DNA from: Fistulifera solaris | Taxonomy: Eukaryota | DNA: 64,000 nucleotides | Reading direction: 5' to 3' | Assembly: GCA_030295235.1 (NCBI GenBank) | Contig: AP026124.1 | Coordinates: 992,001 to 1,056,000, forward strand | Position numbers and translations under genes: made by a program | The notes under the pieces: model-generated | What the model was told of the DNA's origin: nothing | Databases searched by the model: none | What the model saw: the letters and a program-made list of their open reading frames with translations, nothing else | Part shown: positions 60,763 through 64,000 of the stretch, piece after piece | Layout of the letters: each line of letters begins with the position of its first letter | How positions within the stretch are numbered: the first letter of the stretch is position 1

Positions 60763-61871
60763 TTAAAGAGTAAAACCATTTTCGCAAACAGATCCTTGCG
60801 CCGAAACCTTAGCATAATAAGCCTTTCCTTGCGCCTTAAATTCCTTTTTGGCTTTCTTGGCGGGCTTGGAAGCAGGAGCACTGGCAGCGGCCTTTCGCTT
60901 TTCAGCAGCATAAGGATCAAGCTTCTCCAAAGCGACAATACTCTTGATAGCATTAGCCTTAGGAGCATAATCCTTCTGACCAGGCTTGACAGGATTGACA
61001 ACACTTTGGACTTCATCGGAGTTGATGATACGAGCAAGATCCGCGTTCGTCATGGAAGCAGCGGGGATTCGCTTGCCGTTCTCGCCGTAAATAGTCTCAA
61101 GAGAATCCAAGGCAGCCTGGGACCAAATGCAGAATCGACCCATGTGACCTCCGGGGGCAAGCTGGAGCAAGTTTAGTCGGTCAACACAACAGAGCTCGAC
61201 ACCGGGCAAGTTGCGGAATGCTTGCTCAACTCCATCGTTCGACTTGTAAATAACGAGAGGACCACGTCGGAGAGTGTAACGACGGTTTCTCATTTTACCC
61301 TTACCACTTCGGATCTGCTTGGAGTCAGCCGCCTTCTCAACGTCAGCGAGGGCGCCAATGGCAGCAAGAATATCCTTGGCGGCAGAGGTCTTCTTGGTGG
61401 CCTCAACAGCGGTGTCGAGAACAAGAGGAACCTCCGGAACCTCATCGATCGAGTGACCACGGGCCATGACAAGAGCAGGCACAGCAGACGCCGCAAGAGC
61501 AGAGGCAACGGCGTATCGCTTTTGAGTGATGTTGATTTTACGGTTCCATTTGCGCCATGTCTTGGTGGGGGCAAACATGCGTCCACCTCGACACATGTTA
61601 CCGAAAGCACCCTGTCCGGAACGAGAAGTACCACCTCCTCCAACACGAGGGATACGGGCAACGGCACGTCCAGTACCCCAGGAAGATGCGACGACTTTCT
61701 TACCAGCCTTGATGTTGACAGCGTAAGCTTGACGCTTGTTCTTGTTCATGTTGGTGTGAACGAACTGAACAACATCAGGACGAAGGGGCGCCGTCATGAC
61801 GCTAGGAGATTGGTCTCTCCGGCCTTGTCACCGGTGAGAGAGAAAACGCTAACTAAGGGTCGAGCAGCCAT
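60763..61871 (-). CDS. RPL4: 60S ribosomal protein L4 (uL4)
   Basis: [54 protein letters not shown]; 1-nt frameshift ~61805. Confidence 0.98.
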
Positions 61872-62290
61872 GGTTTCGATTTTCAACAAAAGGAAATTGA
61901 TACTTTTAGCGTGCGAGATTTTGGTTGCTCGAATCCGACGTGAGGTTTGATTTTAGCAAGGCGGTAAGAAGTAAAATGCATACCAACGGTAGAAGGACAG
62001 GCGCTATTCGAATGTCTGTGGTCTGTGTTCTGTTTAAAAGTGACAAACAAAATTGCTTAAGGTTGGGGCTTTATCAATCCATTATGTACAATCTATGGGC
62101 ATAGTGCGCAAGGTCTTGGAGCGAAACTTCATGCGTTTTCGGTTTCGCGTTCTCCAGAACAAAGTACTCGCGGGAAGCGATTTAACTTTACAGTCCTTTG
62201 TATAGACAATGGAATGAAACCATGTTATGAAGTCGTTACGTTGCTCACAATTTGAAACTACGTATCACCATCGGTTTGTTCAAAATAACC

Positions 62291-62785
62291 ATGAATTTAT
62301 TCCTTGAGATGAGTAATAAGCGTCCCAGTTTCCTTCGAAGATATCAAGTTCAATTGCCTGCCGCAATTGCAGCACTTTCAGAGCCAGCTACGCTGCTTGA
62401 TAGCTTCCAACCAACGGAGTTAGATGTCATTTGTGGACGAGGGAAAGGATGCTATGATCAAGCTGGAAACATACGCATGAGAGACATCTGTAAAGCCAAC
62501 ATCTACAAGTATTTAGCTGCAAAAACTAAGCTCGACAAGAGCCTGGTTATCAGCGATATAGTAGAACAAGTGCAGAACAACGGCACTGCTCGATTTGTAA
62601 AGCATGGCAAAGACTTAGGATGGGTTGTTATCAGCGATGAGAAGGCCAGAGAAAAGGTGGGACACGCTCTTCGCGAAGCGCTGACTGCCGAATGTGGACG
62701 TAGACAACCGAAAACTAAGTCTGGCACCGAACATCGCGAAGCACGACGTTGCCCCACGCCCGATGATTTTTCACTCAGTTTTTAA
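62291..62785 (+). CDS. DUF6824-type protein (diatom-expanded family)
   Basis: DVICGRG..GNIRMR..Y..KLDKS..IVEQV..RFVK..W..AREKVGHALR; start uncertain. Confidence 0.8.
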   Translation: MNLFLEMSNKRPSFLRRYQVQLPAAIAALSEPATLLDSFQPTELDVICGRGKGCYDQAGNIRMRDICKANIYKYLAAKTKLDKSLVISDIVEQVQNNGTARFVKHGKDLGWVVISDEKAREKVGHALREALTAECGRRQPKTKSGTEHREARRCPTPDDFSLSF

Positions 62786-63023
62786 ATTTAGGCAATAACA
62801 ATAGATCTTCTCATTTTTGTAAGAAAACAACACAAACAGTGCGTTGACTTCAGTACTTATCTCACTTAGCCGAGAAGCTTAAGCGGCCTCATGAACAAGA
62901 AAAAGCTTTTGATTTGAAGAACCGTAAGGCAAAAATGGATCCATTTTATTAACTCTTTAAAGGCTTCAAGGTCCACGAGCCAAAGATAAAAGACGATTTG
63001 CCAGGCCGTAAATAGTCCTCCAT

Positions 63024-64000
63024 TTACAAGAAATAATCCGGTGTGCGCGGGCTCTTGTGCCAAGATTCATCTCGTGGTGCAGGATCAAACTGAGAACTAT
63101 GGTGCATCAACAATATATCCATGAGACTCAAAAAAGAAAAAAAAAGCCAAAATGATGGAACAACAACACTTACAATCGACAGTGGTCGTGAATGCTTTCT
63201 TTTGTCGTTTGATCCACAGAATCGTCTACTTCCATTATGGCTGCCTGATTACCACACCTGTAGCAATAATTGGGGGCCGAGAACACTGTTACGACACTTC
63301 TGTTGTGCTGCCACTGGTAGCCCTCCATAACCAACTGGTGGGCACGCGCAATGAAATGTAAGCCGTTTATGTGCGTGAATTGCTCAGTGATGTCCTGGCC
63401 AAACGTATACCCTGCTCCACGAGGCGAAATACCCCAACCACATCTAAATCGATGATCAAATTAGAAATTCACGTATTCAAAAGACCAGAATATCTCAACA
63501 AACTTACCGGTCATCAGGATCCGACCACACCAAATCACACATAGGCCCTTCATGCGGCACTTCTTGCACACGGTCCAGATCACGAGCATGGTCGAGGGTG
63601 TCAATCGACGGTGAAAGTCCACCGTGGAGGCAGAAAATGCGATCCGAGATTACAGCTGTCATCGGAAGGTAATCAAAGGTATCGGTGAAGTGCTTCCAGA
63701 CATTTGCATTTCCATATTTTCGAAGGCATTCGTCGTAAAAGCCATAGACCTGAGTGATTTGGCGACTTTCATGATTACCTCTGAGAATTGTAATCCTGTT
63801 TCTGTATCGAACTTTCAAAGCGACAAGCAAGGTAACAGTCTCTAAAGAATAGTAGCCCCGATCGACATAGTCACCCATGAAAAGGTAATTGGTTTCAGGA
63901 CATTGGCCTCCGATACGGAATAGCTCTGCAAGATCATAAAACTGGCCATGAATGTCACCACAAACGGTAACAGGAGCGCTAACAGCCTGAACATTCGACT
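63024..64000 (-). CDS. PP2AC: Protein phosphatase 2A catalytic subunit (5' end outside window)
   Basis: GDIHGQ, GDYVDRG, RGNHE, SAPNY, C-terminal TPDYFL*; introns 63444-63507 and 63097-63173. Confidence 0.96.

Noticed and set aside
60796..61950. Long antisense ORFs opposite RPL4
   Set aside because: Shadow ORFs expected from the strong codon bias of a highly expressed gene.

Overview
This is a gene-dense eukaryotic nuclear window, most likely from a diatom: short GT-AG introns, signal-peptide+Phe plastid presequences, a DUF6824-type protein and a CoDi-type copia element. It holds about 24 protein-coding genes, including a UBR-type E3 ligase, TLDc, M14 carboxypeptidase, E2F, RPN6, MRG, ZnT9-like, HisRS, two GPI homologues, Rab6, METTL16, RPL4 and PP2A-C. 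Many carry single-base frameshifts, probably long-read consensus errors. The most striking object is a minus-strand Ty1/copia retrotransposon at 6484-13009 with several unusual features. (1) Its 187-bp LTRs end in ACAG..CTGT inverted termini instead of TG..CA. (2) Its 15-nt PBS matches a tRNA-Ile anticodon arm. (3) An in-frame UGA-CUAG stop plus hairpin separates gag from pol, a candidate programmed readthrough site. (4) A chromo-like domain lies between IN and RT. (5) The 3' end is an aberrant LTR-LTR-PBS. (6) It is flanked by a ~269-bp host duplication rather than a 5-bp TSD. Also notable are two intergenic arrays of a shared CCAGA-N3-TCTGG palindrome and a divergent GPI paralogue lacking the catalytic lysine. 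All calls come from reading motifs by eye; no database searches were run.
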